Assembly (NCBI GenBank): GCA_951406725.2
Contig: OX597842.1
Location: 16,120,001 to 16,184,000 of the forward strand
Length of the DNA: 64,000 nt
From: Octopus vulgaris
Lineage: Eukaryota
Direction: 5' to 3'
The notes beneath the pieces are model-generated. The model searched no databases. It was not told the origin of the DNA and saw only the letters and a program-made list of their open reading frames with translations. A program made the translations under genes and the position numbers. This document shows positions 25,816 to 38,958 of the stretch, one piece after another (positions within the stretch are counted from its first letter, which is position 1; the number at the start of each line of letters is the position of its first letter).

Positions 25816-26539
25816 GTGTGTAGAAAGTTGAAAAGGAACATACCAGTTGATATATATGGTAAAAAATATCAAGATGGAAAATGCAAAAATAATTTTATAA
25901 AAAACATTTCAGTACCGGTTTCAGTCATTGAGACTTTTTCATCTGTAAGTATGGAAAAGAATTATATTTTGGAAAAATTAAAGGAATAGATTTTTAAAAG
26001 AATATTTGCATAGTGTTCAAATACAAGTGGCATTTTCTCCTCTCTCTGTCTCTCTTATTTACTCTTGTGGATTCGAGGTCGTTGTGAATTCTTGGTAGGG
26101 AAGAAGAAGAAGAAGAAGAAGAAGAAGAAGAAGAAGAAGAAGAAGAAGAAGAAGAAGATGATGAAGAAGAAAAAGAAGAAGAAGAAGAATGTGGGAGTGC
26201 CATGACAACTGCCCGGTGTTGATGTTAGTAGAATGGTCAAGTGACCCACTGTGGATGGTAGTTGTAATTGTTGAATTCCTTAAACATCTCTTTTGAATGC
26301 TTCGATTATAAAATTTGTGTAGGTGTTATTCTAAACAGCAATAAGAAGGAGAAGGAGGAAGACAAACAAGAAGAAAGAGAAGGGAGAATAAGAAAGTAAT
26401 GTAGGTAGTATTAAAGTAGTAAGGTGTTAAATAGTCAAATTACTTAAAATTGGCACGTTAAGGATTATTGCAGTGATTGGGACTGTTTTTAATGAATTCG
26501 TGGGAATCTATTGAGTGTATCATTTTTAATATTTGCGTG

Positions 26540-27460
26540 TGTATTTGTGTTATTCTAAGGCCGTGGTGGATATATCGTTTGTTGTAGACGCGTTCAAAAG
26601 GGGTCTGTATTTTGTAATAAAGAGTGTTTCTTTACTGATTTGTTCCTTGTTGTAGCGTCCCTGAATTGGTAGAGGGGAAAAGTTCTGATTTTTGTTATTG
26701 GCGCAAATGTCTATGTGTTGGCTGAATGCAATTTTTCTGTTATGGGGAATTTTGATCTGGGATCTGTGCAGAGCCATTCTTTTACGTAGACTTTTTGTTT
26801 GGCCCATGTATTGTTCTTGACACCCAGATCAGGTTAGTACATATATCAGGTTCCCCGAAGCAAATTTGAAGTTGCTTTTCACTGTGAAACGTTGTCCCTG
26901 TTCGAAGGAGAACTCTGATCCCTCAATTAAATTGACGCATATCTCACAGTTGGGTCTTCCGCAGTTTTTCACTGACGGCTTCTCTGTTGTTGAGAGTATT
27001 CGAACTTGTGTTAGGAGACTTTTCATAGATTTGGGTTATCTCTTGCTTTTTATGATGGTGTGTGTTTGGAGGATTAAGTTCATTCTGTCTATTTTTAGCA
27101 GGGGTATGCATTGGAGGATGGTGTCGAAGGCTTCATTGTTGAGAGGGTTGTGTGTGGAGATCTATGGTAGGGCTTTTGGTTGTAAATCATTCTTTAATTA
27201 AGGATGTCTGTGTTGCTGGATGTTGAGTTGAAGAGACTGTTGAAAGCATATGTCTATTAATGAAGGTGGGTAGTTCCTGGTGATGAGTGTATCCTTTTTT
27301 TCATGTAGTCGTGTGTCTCCGGTGTTTGCATTAGAAACTATAGTACATACCCTTTTTGCTAGGTTGAAGAGAATCTAGTATATATCTGTTATAGTATATA
27401 TCTGTTTCCATTACGTTGTTAGAATTCTTGGTGAGGATATCGAGGAAGGGAAGTTGTTTC
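26540..27460 (-). mobile_element. Penelope-like element, RT thumb plus GIY-YIG
   Basis: KNCGRPNCEIC, NLIYVLT, EQYMGQTKSLRKRMALHRSQIK. Confidence 0.85.
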
Positions 27461-27956
27461 TTTGGCATGAAAATATAGAGAAACTTAAAGAATCCCAAGC
27501 ACTTCTAAATGGACTTGACTTAAATATTCAATTTATGGTTGAATATAGCCAGCAACATCTTACGCCTCTCTCATTAACTGAATCCCCGACGAACACTGAG
27601 ACCGAGAGCGTGTTTTAACGACAAACTACAAAGTGTATACACTATAATCTTTATCAACTACCAACTTCAACCACAATCCGATTCCTGTAAGCCATGTGTT
27701 ATAGGGTAATATGTCACAAAGATGGAAAAATAACTAACACCCGATGCTATATTCAGTAGGAAAGATAATATAAGAGCACGCTTGGAGAAACTAGTAAGTT
27801 CATAGCAGAATGCGGTGGAAGGCGTTCCGATATGATAGAAAGAATATATAAGAAGATAAACTATCGAACATGGATGCACATTCAGTAAAATCAAGGAATA
27901 TCCACCGACCAACCAACCAACACATAACCAGGTTCGTGGAGGAAATCTAAGATGTA

Positions 27957-28729
27957 TTGGGTCATTCCATAAATAATGCGGTTTTTTCAATCGAATGAAC
28001 TAAAAAGTCGAAGAGTGCAGTTTGGTTTCAACAGTTATTTTTTCAAAGTTATAATGGAAGTGACGGCATATCTTACTTTATGAGTTCAATAAAGGCAACA
28101 ACGCAACGGAAAACGTGAGGAATAACAATGCATTATATGGGGATTGGACAATAAGTGTAAGCCAGTATCAACGGTGTTTCCAGAAATTCCTAGCCGGAGA
28201 CTACAGCATAGGAGACGAGCCTCATCTTTGGAGGATCTGTAGAGCTCGACGAAGCGTCCTGCAAACACTGGGGGAAAAAATCCCATCCTAACCAGTCAGT
28301 AATACCTGCGCTAGAAGAAAAGTGACCATCTTTGATTTCAAAACGAAAGGTGTTCTTCCATCAGGATAATGCTTAGCCAAGTACAGCAAGGATGACATTT
28401 CAAAGACTGGAGCAGTTTCAATAGGAAACGATGCCCCACCCACCATATTTGCCGTCGTTGCACCATCTGATAATCATTTATTCCGTAGTCTTTGAAATTA
28501 TTTGGACAGAAAAAATATGAATTCTATAAACGAGGGCAGAACAGTACTGGGGGAGTATTTTTCATAAGGGGCGGGCAAGGAAATTCCGGAAGAGGGGCCT
28601 TGCAATTCTACAAAATAGATAGAACATTGTAGAAAATGAAGGAGAGTATATTCTATATTAAAAACATTTGTCTTAGTTTTGAAAAATAAAGGGAGTATAA
28701 AAAAGTGCATTATTTATGGGATGACTCAA
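27957..28729 (+). mobile_element. Mariner-type internally deleted DNA transposon
   Basis: TIRs TTGGGTCATTCCATAAATAATGC / GCATTATTTATGGGATGACTCAA with TA on both sides. Remnant FHQDNA and PHPPY...HLFRSL motifs. Confidence 0.88.
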
Positions 28730-30237
28730 TAATCAGAGCATGAAATTCAGAAAGTATCCTCCTAGACAAATGATATTTTTTTATAGTAAAATGAAGTTTG
28801 GCTTGCTAATTAACTTATAGGAAGATATAATTGTTGTGATGCTATCACTTTTTATTGGTCAATTCATGAGTTCTTTTGTCTCTATTAGTCCATTTCGTTA
28901 TACCTAGTTTTATTACATTTTCATGCTGTTATATATCTATAATTATAGACATATCGTTATAACTCACTAATTACAATAATAATTATATATATAACTGATG
29001 CTACCGATTCACATATTAATGATAATTAAGAGCTCAGGCATTCAAAGCTGATATTATTTCTGTGTGCATTCTTGTAATGATGAGTTTTAAGGTTGGCGCT
29101 TTTGATTAATTTTTTGAATGATGGGCCATATTTTGGGCCACAGCCGATTGTGCCCTTTGTTTATCTCCGCAAGAATCGATGCCAGATGGAGAAATAATTA
29201 TAGTTATAAGTCATTTGCATTATTCGATAGCTTCAGTCTAATTACTAGAATTATTTTGATTGTGAACTGATGTTAGGCTTGCTGATCATCATCTCGTAGG
29301 GAATATTTGATAATTGTGTTGCTATTAAGAAAATTAAAAATGTCTAAATAATATATATCGTATATTCACCATCTGCAGGTATGGATTTCTGTTTAATTCG
29401 GACAACCCCAAATGTGTAAAGAAGTAAGTTAAATCGCTTGCATCGATCGAATATAGTATTGGAACATTTTATTTAAACTGGAAACTTGAAACGTTTAATG
29501 CAATATAATCTGGTCTACCGAAATTTTGGGGGAGGGTGATCGATTAGATCGACACTAGTACGCAACTGTTACTTAATTTATCGACACCGAAAGGATGAAA
29601 AGCAAAGCCGACTTCGGTGGAATTTGAAGTCATAACGATTAATGCAATATAATACAAATCCTTTAATCTGAAATAATACTCAGGAAGAGTCGAACCCACT
29701 CTGTACAATCTAGGGTACTTTTCAGTTGAACTGTAACAGAGAGATCAGCTAAATCTTAAGCTTAACGTATTTTGTAGAATTATAACTAATGTGTTTTTAT
29801 TTCTAAAAAGGTATCGGGTTCATGATATCAACCTAAATTTTCCCGATGACGTCTTTAATAAAAATAAGTTTCATAATACCGGACTATTTCACATGTTTCA
29901 TTTACGTAATTTCAGAGTCAGGCAATTTAAGCGGATCTCGTAATTATCTGCAGTTTAATTAGTCTAACAATATCACTTTTAATTGTAAACGTAATATAGA
30001 CATGCAATAATTAACTGTCATTCTGTTACTAAATCAGCTAATATCAATATAACTGTAACAATAAACATCTATTTAGGAAATGATGTTGCGAAATGCGGCA
30101 CCCGGGGGGGCAGCCCAGCAAGCCAATTTGATTAAAGTGAAGGAAGTAGGCATATCCACACTGTATGCAGTTCTTCGTTGTCTGAAGAACTCACGCCAGC
30201 TCTTCACATCACCCATCTCTCATCTCTAACTCTTCGA

Positions 30238-31914
30238 TTTTTTATTATCCACCAGGGGCGACGGAGAGGGGACATTACAAAATATTGGGGACATAGAATA
30301 TTATAATTAATAATATGAAAATGAATTTCAAATGAAAAAATGGTAATGTAAAAGCGATGCTAACGGCTCCGTCCGCCAGCATCACTTACCTGTCCTTCAT
30401 CACCCATTTCCAATTACAATTCCTTCCTTTCTTATCACACTCTTCGTTTCCTTTCATACTTCTCTATCATTTCATCCTCCATTGTCACTGTCATCCATTT
30501 TATACCCTCTTCCTCACACTTCCTCACCAATGTCTCCATAAATTCATATTTCAAAACCGCGTAACTACCATCTTCACGTTCGCGCCATAAGTCTTTATGT
30601 ACCATCCTTTTTGAGTTCTGGGTGTCCCTCTTCCTCGCAACACATAAAAAATAGGTCCTGGGACTTTGTTCGTTCTGTGTGTCTGCATTTGTTTTTGTTT
30701 TTTTGTAGGCGGGGAGTGGGTGGAATCGCTGTTTGCAGGGGAAGGATGGTGTTGGGGTGGGTTGGGGTTTCGTACTGTTTTCTTGTTTCTTTCTTTTTCT
30801 TTTTTTTCTCCCTTCTTCCCACTCTTGCTGGATCTCCTCCTCTTCAGTTGCTTCCCTTTCTGTTTGGTTCTCCTTTTCTTTAGTGTCTTCCTCTTTTGGG
30901 GGTTCCGCAACGATTTCCTTTTCCTTTGGTGGGGGAGGGCAGTAGGCTCTTATGTGACCCCTCAGGCCACACTTATAGCACCTGGGCGCCCTGCCTTCCA
31001 TCCACACTCTCATAATAATGTTCCCTGTTCTTATATTTTCTGTCAGCCTTTCTATTGTTTCCGCTTCTGTCTGTATATTCATGTCCAAGGTAGCACCTCT
31101 CACGCCTTCGTATTTCATAGTGGCGTGGAGGATGTCCACCTTTTCTCGTTTCCCTTAATCACCGCTGCCGTTATGTACTCACCCTCTAGGTGTGGAGGTA
31201 TTCCCTCCACCCTAATTCTCGTAGTTCTCCTGTTTAGGTACGAAGGTTGTAGGTATACCTTCTCCGTCTTTACCACCTTGGCTGCTATTTTTCTGGCAAC
31301 GTTCTCACTTCTATATTGCACCGTTACAGTTCCATACTCCATTCCTCTTGTCTGGTAAACAATTTCCTCTCCAGTCTGTTTCATTGGCTCTTCAATAGCT
31401 TCCATATTTACTATTTCCACCCTTCTTCCTCCATTCACGTACACTCTATATTTGATGGTTCTACGGTTGAACCACTCGCCACGCTTTGCTGGAGGTGACA
31501 GCTCGACTTCGCCGTTCTCCTCCTCTTTCATAAAATCCTGGAAGCCTGGTAATTTAGCCAGGTCCACCTCTTTTTCTTTCGACTTCCTCATTATTCCTGC
31601 GTACGTACTTTCCAGCTTCCTGTCCATTTTTTCCACTGCTCTTTCCAACTCCTCCTCAGATGTCGATAATTCCGACAAACTTTCAAATAAATTCTTCCCG
31701 GCCATCTCACCCGTTTGGGAGAGGCGGCTCATAATCACCTCAGACCGAAAACGGCCGCCCGAACAGAAACAGTGTAACGCGTAGAACCAGTGTAACGCGA
31801 AACCGCATCAACCGACGTTCAAAATTCCACAACAACAACAATTCACTTTCTGTTCTTTTTTACCGAATTTTACGAGCGTAAAAAACACGACCGACGTCAA
31901 CCGAATCTCTGACT
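30238..31914 (-). mobile_element. Near-intact ORF1-only (HAL1-like) retroelement
   Basis: ORFs 31738-31115 and 31139-30435 join across one frameshift into an L1/Tx1 ORF1-like protein (RRM-like region, then EGRAPRCYKCGLRGHIRAYCP). A ~200-bp UTR and A-rich end follow, with no ORF2. Confidence 0.78.
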
Positions 31915-32460
31915 CTTTCTTTCTTTAGTACCCACTAGGGGCGACACAGAGGGGACACCACAAGACATTGGGGACATAGAACATTATAATTAAATTTATG
32001 AACAATGAATTATTAAATGAAAAAATGATAATATGAAAGCGATGCTAACGGCCCCATCCGCTAGCATCACTTACCTGTCCTTTGGTTGCTAATCGCACAC
32101 AAATATTCCTCGTTCAGTTCCAATAACAAAACCTTTCATCTGCATTCCTCCAAATCTCTCACGGTTTCTTCCATCATTCTCACCTCCTTCACTTCCCAAT
32201 CCTCCCTTTCCCACTTTCTCATCAAATCGTCCAGTCGCTCCTTTCCAATCACTGCATACCTCATATGTCCTCTCTCACACCATTTCAATTCCTCCAATGT
32301 CTTTCTCATTTTTGCCTTTCCTCTCATCAATACAATGTTTGGCCTGGCTTCTTGTTTCGTGTCTTGTCTGTGTGCATCTTTTTTTTCTGTTTTCTTGTTG
32401 GAGGGGAAAGGGTCGGTTCACTGTCTGCAGGGATAGGGTGGGACTCTTCCCATCGCCCAA
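31915..32460 (-). mobile_element. 5'-truncated relative of the ORF1-only element
   Basis: The 3' UTR at 31920-32080 matches 30240-30400, and the ORF1 C-terminus is similar (YAVIGK versus YAVLKY). Confidence 0.75.
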
Positions 32461-32469
32461 CTCTTATCC

Positions 32470-34250
32470 GATTTTTAATTACCCACAAGGGTCTGACATA
32501 GAGGGACAATACGCACATTTGGGGACAATTAACATATGAAAGAACAGAAAAAATGAAACTTTACAAATGAAGTTGGAACGTCTATCCCGACCGCGCTCCA
32601 GGATGGTCACGTTATTTCAATTACGTCATCTTTAAAATCAATCAGCACTTAATACTTTATGTTACTTTTAATGTCCTCATACTTCACCACTGTAGCGCTG
32701 GGTTCGATACTCACCTCGGGTCCCAGTGGGTTTACATCTGATGGGAATACATCTTTCAGCGTTCTATATTTTTCTTTCTCCATCAGGACACAATCTTTTT
32801 CATAACCTTCCGAAAGGATCACTCTAACAATCCCTTTCCTTTCTGTTATTCTCCTTTCCAAATTTTGGGGTCGTACGATATGTTATTCAAAATAATGTGT
32901 TCCTGTGGACCTCTTCTATCTGTATGTCTGTTCTTAATGTCTTTGTTACTCTGTGTTATCATGCGTCTGTCTATGTTTCTTTGTGTCTGTGTGTCTATGT
33001 GCTTATGTGTCTGTAAGTCTGTGTGTTTGTGTGATTGTAAGTCTGTATATTTGCTTGGTGATGTTGTTCTGCTTGTATCATTTTCCCGCGGTCATCCCAC
33101 AGGCGTACTGCTTCTACTTGTTGTTGGTTGGTTCACTTTTTCCTCTACTTTATATTTCTTCCGTTCCATTTCAGGCGGTGAACTCTTCCTTTCTCTCTTC
33201 CTCAACTTGACCTCCACAAACTCCATGTTCTGTTCCACTTCCTGGACCTGACTCTCCACCTCCATCACGCTTTCTTGCATGTTTACCTCTGCTTTTTCCA
33301 TCGTTATTCTGGGGCACACCATTTTCTAATATACCCCTCTTCACCACACCCAAGGCACTTTGGAGGCCTCCCCTCCAACATTACATCCACTTTGTCTTCA
33401 TTTAACAGCACCAATGACTCTGGTATTGCCTCGTATAGTTTCTGATCCGCCGCAAAAATTATCTCTGACTCGTGTCCCCATATTGTTGGGTCCGGGTTAC
33501 AATAATTAAACTACTTCTTTGACTTCTTCCTCTTATGTGGTGAAAAGTGCTGCTAATATCCACTCTAACTCGATTCTCGGCGGGATCCTGCTCACCCTAA
33601 TCCTAGTAGATCGTTTACCCTGGTAATTGTGCAGACGTGTCCATTTTCCCCACGATACTATCCTTGTATCTTTTTGCCACTTCTTCGGAGACAAATGTGA
33701 CCGCTACTGAACCATATCTTTTTCCTCGTGTAAAATAATAAAATAAAACTTTATGTTTTCTTTCAGGTCCTTTAGGCATTCTTTCATCTCCTCCTTCGTT
33801 GCGTTCTCAAGTCTCTGATTTTTCTTTTGAAAACGTTTTGTACTCTATTACTTTATTTTCTCTCCCCGCCTTGTCTTCCTCTGGTGGTGTCAACTTTACG
33901 TTTGACCTCTCTCTCTTTACCATATCTTAGTATTTCTGTAGCAATTTTACATCGCAACATATTTCATTTTGTTCTAGCATGCTTGGGACGACAAAAGCTT
34001 GACTCCTCGTTGCTGCCACGTAGCTCTTCCTTTTCGTTAGTCAGTACACTCACCAAACAATGATGGTGTTACACTCAAAGAACTGCTGCAAAGCAGCATA
34101 AAACAATCCTCAGCACAAAACAATCCTAAGCACACAGCAACTCTCACAAAAAGCACTCAAACAGCCCTCATCACCGGCTGACAGACACCACGCGTTCCAT
34201 CACCAATTTGAATTGTCCACCTCACAGTAAAAACGTACAAAAGAACGCGT
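32470..34250 (-). mobile_element. Third, diverged ORF1-only element
   Basis: Similar terminal tail at 32470-32530. Degenerate ORF1 with an EGRPPKC...CGEEGY knuckle remnant near 33340-33375. No RT. Confidence 0.6.
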
Positions 34251-34713
34251 AACATGTTTTAAACCAGCCGCATGATCTATGAATTTTATTTCTCATTAGA
34301 ATCCATTATAGATCCATTAGTGGTTGTCTACTGTAAAACTGGAGTACAGTATTTCGATATCGATCAGTAGAATTATATTTATCGGAATATTTCTTCCATT
34401 TTATTCTCTCCTTCATAACAACAATATATGCAACGATTTTTGCAAAGTTTTTATACATTCCTTTCCCTGAATCTTGCCATAAAGAGTTTTGATGTAATAA
34501 ACTAACATAATCAAAGTTCGGATATTGTAAATTAAAGATTCCATGAGTCAAAATACACAGAGAAATAATTTACTTGACTTAACGGCAGTTAACATATTTG
34601 CCCTTTTTACTCCAACATAACATTATGTTTTTAAGCTGAGGTATTTAGAACATAACCAACGATAATTTAAAATATCAAATGCGGAAAATATATAGAAATG
34701 GTCTAATACTTAC

Positions 34714-34895
34714 AAATTTTCAACATTTGGTGGAATGGGTTGCGGGATCGAAGTCAGTTGCCGAGATGAACAATCTATTCTTGTCTTAGAATTTTCACAT
34801 TTGCATATGCTGCAAATGTCTGACGCCGCATGAGACTCCAAACAGAAACTCATAGAGAGTATCAACACAAACGTCAATTTCAATTGTTGGAACAT
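34714..34895 (-). CDS. First coding exon of an LRR gene: signal peptide plus LRRNT cap
   Basis: Encodes MFQQLKLTFVLILSMSFCLESHAA-SDICSICKCENSKTRIDCSSRQLTSIPQPIPPNVEN, a hydrophobic leader plus the CxxCxC...C-x-x-x-x-L-x-x-IP LRRNT motif. Ends at a phase-2 GTAAGT donor. A pyrimidine tract plus TACAG acceptor lies 20 nt upstream of the ATG (exon starts at 34915), implying an upstream UTR exon. Confidence 0.88.
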
Positions 34896-36299
34896 ATTTT
34901 CAGGCGTTGATTAATCTGTAAAAGAAGAAAATACAAATTACCAGAAACTTCAATGTCAGTTCTTTCCCATTGCAAATCCTTCGTAGGACAAGATTTGGCC
35001 CCTGTTCCATGAGATGACTTTATCTTTGATTGCACTTTCAGTTTAATATTTAAACTTACGGAACTGAATTCAATTATAATTCAAAGTGGTGAACATAATA
35101 GATTATAACTTTAATAAGTGATAATGTCGAAGATAAACAGAACATCAAGCGCCCTTGCATACACACGCATACACACACAGGCACAGACACACACACACAG
35201 ACACACACACACTTATACACATGTGTGTGTGTGTAATGTTCTTCCTATGTTGTTCTCCTTTCCTTCAACATTTCCGCTCCCGTCAGACTCCATGGAGATA
35301 TTGTGGGAAGTTGCTGCAACTGACCAACTCTCTATAAACAGCCTTCCACTCAGCTTTCTACCCTCAATTGAAGAAACTGAAGCGACATCTGTTGATAACA
35401 CCACAACAGCATCTACAACAACGCCATCAACAGCTGAGGACCCCTACACCTGAACATTGGCAGCGGGAATATTTGCTCCCTGATTCCACGGAAGAGCAAG
35501 CTCTTCCCAAATTTCCTGCTTCCCAAACCAACAACAACAACAATCTAAATTCTTCTTTCGATCAAACCTCTCCATATTGCACAGACTCGTTGATTGTTGT
35601 GTCTGTGGTGGTGGTCATCTTTGTCGTCGTCTTGGTGGTGCTGGGCGTGAATATCAACGGGGGTAGGGCCTTCAGAATTGCCACGGTTTACACATTGACA
35701 GGAGCTGGAAACACAGATTTCTTCAATCTCGCATTTTATTACTTGTAAGAGACTAGATTAGAATTTGACGGATGGAAGAACTGTGTAGGGCTAGTAGTAC
35801 ATTATGAGAGGAATGTGAACCCTCGAAAATCTGCTTAAAATCTTCCAGCTGTCTGCAGGATTACACTCTGTATGGCGGCTTAGGAATGCTCTGGGTGTTG
35901 ATGCTCAGACACGCGGTGAGATTGCGACAACTGCAACGATTTCTTGACGGTGAACGTGTGTGGACTCAGTGAAGCACTTCTCCTTGACTAGGCTGCAGTC
36001 CTGGGTGAAGCGAAGCCTGAAATCCTCTGCCTGGTGCCTAGAATGTCAGACGAGCACGCATTTATTGAGTATTCGAGCATGATATTGAAGGAAGGGCCAG
36101 TAACCGCTGGCATCACTGTACGGAATGAGTGGAGGATATTCCACTGTGACTGACACATGAGAAAACCATTTTAGTGTTGACGGATGCGTCAAAGGATAAT
36201 TCGGTTTCAAACAATCGGCCAATAACACATTTACCAATCATGTGGTAACTGGTGACAGAAGTAATAACTGAAGAATTGTAGACATTTTTAGATTATGAA

Positions 36300-37145
36300 A
36301 GATTTTTATCAGACGAGAAGAAAAGTTGTAAACACAGGTCAAGTGGGACAAAAGATTAGGTGTTAATAGACAAGATAATATTAAGGAATTGCAGAAGAAG
36401 GTTAAGGGGACTAAGAGTGGCCTGCCTAGATTACAAAAGACCTATGACATGATCCCTTCCAATTGGATAAGGAAATATATGTGGTCATTTTGAGTGGTAG
36501 AAAGTGTACAAAGACTGCTAAAATGAGTTACCGTCTGTAGGAAGGTCATTGGATACAGTGGAACATCAGAGGAGGAATATTTCAGGGAGATAAGATATCA
36601 CCACACTTCTTTGTGTAAATACTAATACCTCTGTCGATGGTTTTGAGAAATGGTAAAGCTGGATAAAATATAGGAAATGGAGTGGAAGTGATTAACGGCC
36701 TACAATACATGGACGATTTATAGGAAAAATCGAGATGAAATTACCTCATTTGTGAACACAGTAAGTACTTTCAGTTGTGACATACGCAAAGAATTTAGCA
36801 TGAATAAATGTATTATTTAGTATTGAAGAGAGGGAAGATAAAACAGAGTGAACGACTAGAAATCAAATAATCCACAAAAAGTTTGTCGAATTTTAGAATC
36901 AGATACCAACAAAAACAGAGAAAAAAAGGAAACCATTTTGACGGAGCATTTCGGAAGGATCAAGTTGATACTGAAATTTAAGTTGAATTCTAGAAACATT
37001 GTAAAATTAAACAAGTAAAGTAAAAGTTATATGGAAAAACATTTGCACATTCAGTTTATAAAGAACAGAGGCAGAAGACACTTGAAATTGGTTGAAAAGG
37101 AGATTTTTTCAATAAAGAGACAGAAGGATTAATAATGGCAGCTCA
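36300..37145 (+). mobile_element. Degenerate R4/Dong LINE RT fragment
   Basis: DYKRPMT/AYDMIP, IRGGIFQGD and YMDDL remnants. Confidence 0.7.
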
Positions 37146-37264
37146 TAATGAGGATGATAATGATGGTGATGATGATGATGATGATGGTAGTGATGATGAT
37201 GATGATGATAATAATAATAAAAATAATAATAATAATGATAATAATAATAATAATAATAACAACA

Positions 37265-38284
37265 ACAAATATAAACAAGAAACCATACCACCTAACACAT
37301 ATGAAGTAGAAGAAGAAGAAGAAGAAGAAGAAGAAGAAGAAGAAGAAGAAGAAGAAGAAGAAGAAGAAGAAGAAGAAAACACAACAAAAGCTATAAAACA
37401 AATGAAATTCAAACAGCAACGGACCATGATAAAACGATAAAAAGAAAAGCCTCTTCATGGCAAATACTGGACCGAACTAAATGCAAAAGAAATAGACAAA
37501 GAAGTTCAGGACTCAAAGCAGAGACGGAGGGAGTTTTAAATGCATCACTAGAGCAAAGCCTCCCCACTCGAAATTACCAAAAACTTATAATGAAAAGAAA
37601 TATTACAAGTAACTGCAGAATATGTGGAGATGGACAAGAAACAATAAATCATATTATCTCTGGCTGCCCAGTCCTGGCTAAGAAGGTATATATTCACAGA
37701 CACGACAGAGTTGGGACCTACATACACTGGAAGCTATGCCAACAGTATGAAATAACAACAGAAAAAAGATGGTATAGGCACACACCAGAAAAGGTCACAG
37801 AAAACGAGAAAGCAACCATGCTCTGGGATATGCCAATACACACGGATATATAGAAATTAAGGCCAATAGACCATATATATTTGTCAGAGATCATGAAGAA
37901 ATAAATGCTTTCTAATTGATGTATCAATACCAGCATATGACAACGTGTCTCTAAAAGAAATGGAGAAACTTTCAAATTACAAACACCTGGAAATAGAGGT
38001 AACTAGCACGTGGAATCTAAAAACAGAAACAATTCTTTTCATAGTAGGTGCATTAGGCATGATTAAAATAATATTCAGACAAATACATAACAAAAATACC
38101 AGGACTTTCAAACACATATACCATACAGAAAATTGCATTACCAGGCACTGCACACATCCTACGCAGAACACTTTCAATAGAGTAACCATCAGAGCACCAC
38201 AACAAATCACAACACATACCCAAGGCACACAGAGCTGCACTCGGTAGTGAAGTGAAAGCACGCTATAAAAATGAAACTACTGAA
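37265..38284 (+). mobile_element. R4/Dong LINE 3' part (RLE domain)
   Basis: CRICGDGQETINHIISGCPVLAKKVYIHRHD. Highly similar to the reverse complement of 41042-42030. Ends in (TAA)n. Confidence 0.88.
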
Positions 38285-38609
38285 TATTAATAATAATAAT
38301 AATAATGCCTTCTACTGGAAACAAAAACTCTGACTTGTTGGAAGGGATTACATCGGCCCTAGTGCGTAATGGTTAGTTATTTAATCGACCCCGAAAGGAT
38401 AAATGGCAAAGTCCACTTTGGTGGAATTTGAACTCAAAACGTAGCAGCAGACAAAATACCGCTAAGCATTTCCCCCCGTTGTGTTAAGGATTCTGCCAAT
38501 TCAACGACTTAATTAGAATAATGGTAATAATAATATTAATAATAATAATAATCATAGTAATATTAGTAGTAGTAGTAGCAGCAGCAGCAGCAGAAGTAGT
38601 AGTAGTAGC

Positions 38610-38655
<46 letters not shown>

Positions 38656-38714
38656 ATATTTAGAAGAAGACGAAGAAGAAGGAGAAAAAGAAGACGAAGA
38701 AAAATCCGTTTTAC

Positions 38715-38899
38715 TATAGGCACAAGTTCTGTAATGTGGGAGGGGGACCAGTCGATTAGATCTAGCCCAGTACACAACTGGTATTTAATTTATCGACCCC
38801 GAAAGCCCGATAAGACGAAAGGCAAAGTCGACCTCGGCGGAATTTGAACTCAGAAGACTATGACGGACAAATACCCAGCGTGTTAACGATTCTAGCAGA

Positions 38900-38900
<1 letters not shown>
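38715..38900 (-). mobile_element. Second SINE-like family; copies at ~29520-29640, 38330-38500, 43690-43850 (opposite strand), 49950-50070, 50600-50715 and 63090-63190
   Basis: Recurrent core TTTATCGACCCCGAAAGGATGAAAGGCAAAGTCGACCTCGGCGGAATTTGAACTCAGAA, containing a reversed B-box, mostly next to (TAA)n. Confidence 0.75.

Positions 38901-38956
<56 letters not shown>

Positions 38957-38958
<2 letters not shown>

Noticed and set aside
34290-34551. TCATTAGAATCCA resembling the LRR exon start, and an 81-aa ORF
   Set aside because: There is no 72-bp AG/GT frame or LRR pattern.
35240-36250. Complex sequence just upstream of the LRRNT exon, a possible host exon
   Set aside because: It has no consistent ORF or splice pair. 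A weak knuckle-like remnant suggests a decayed retroelement ORF1, too uncertain to call.
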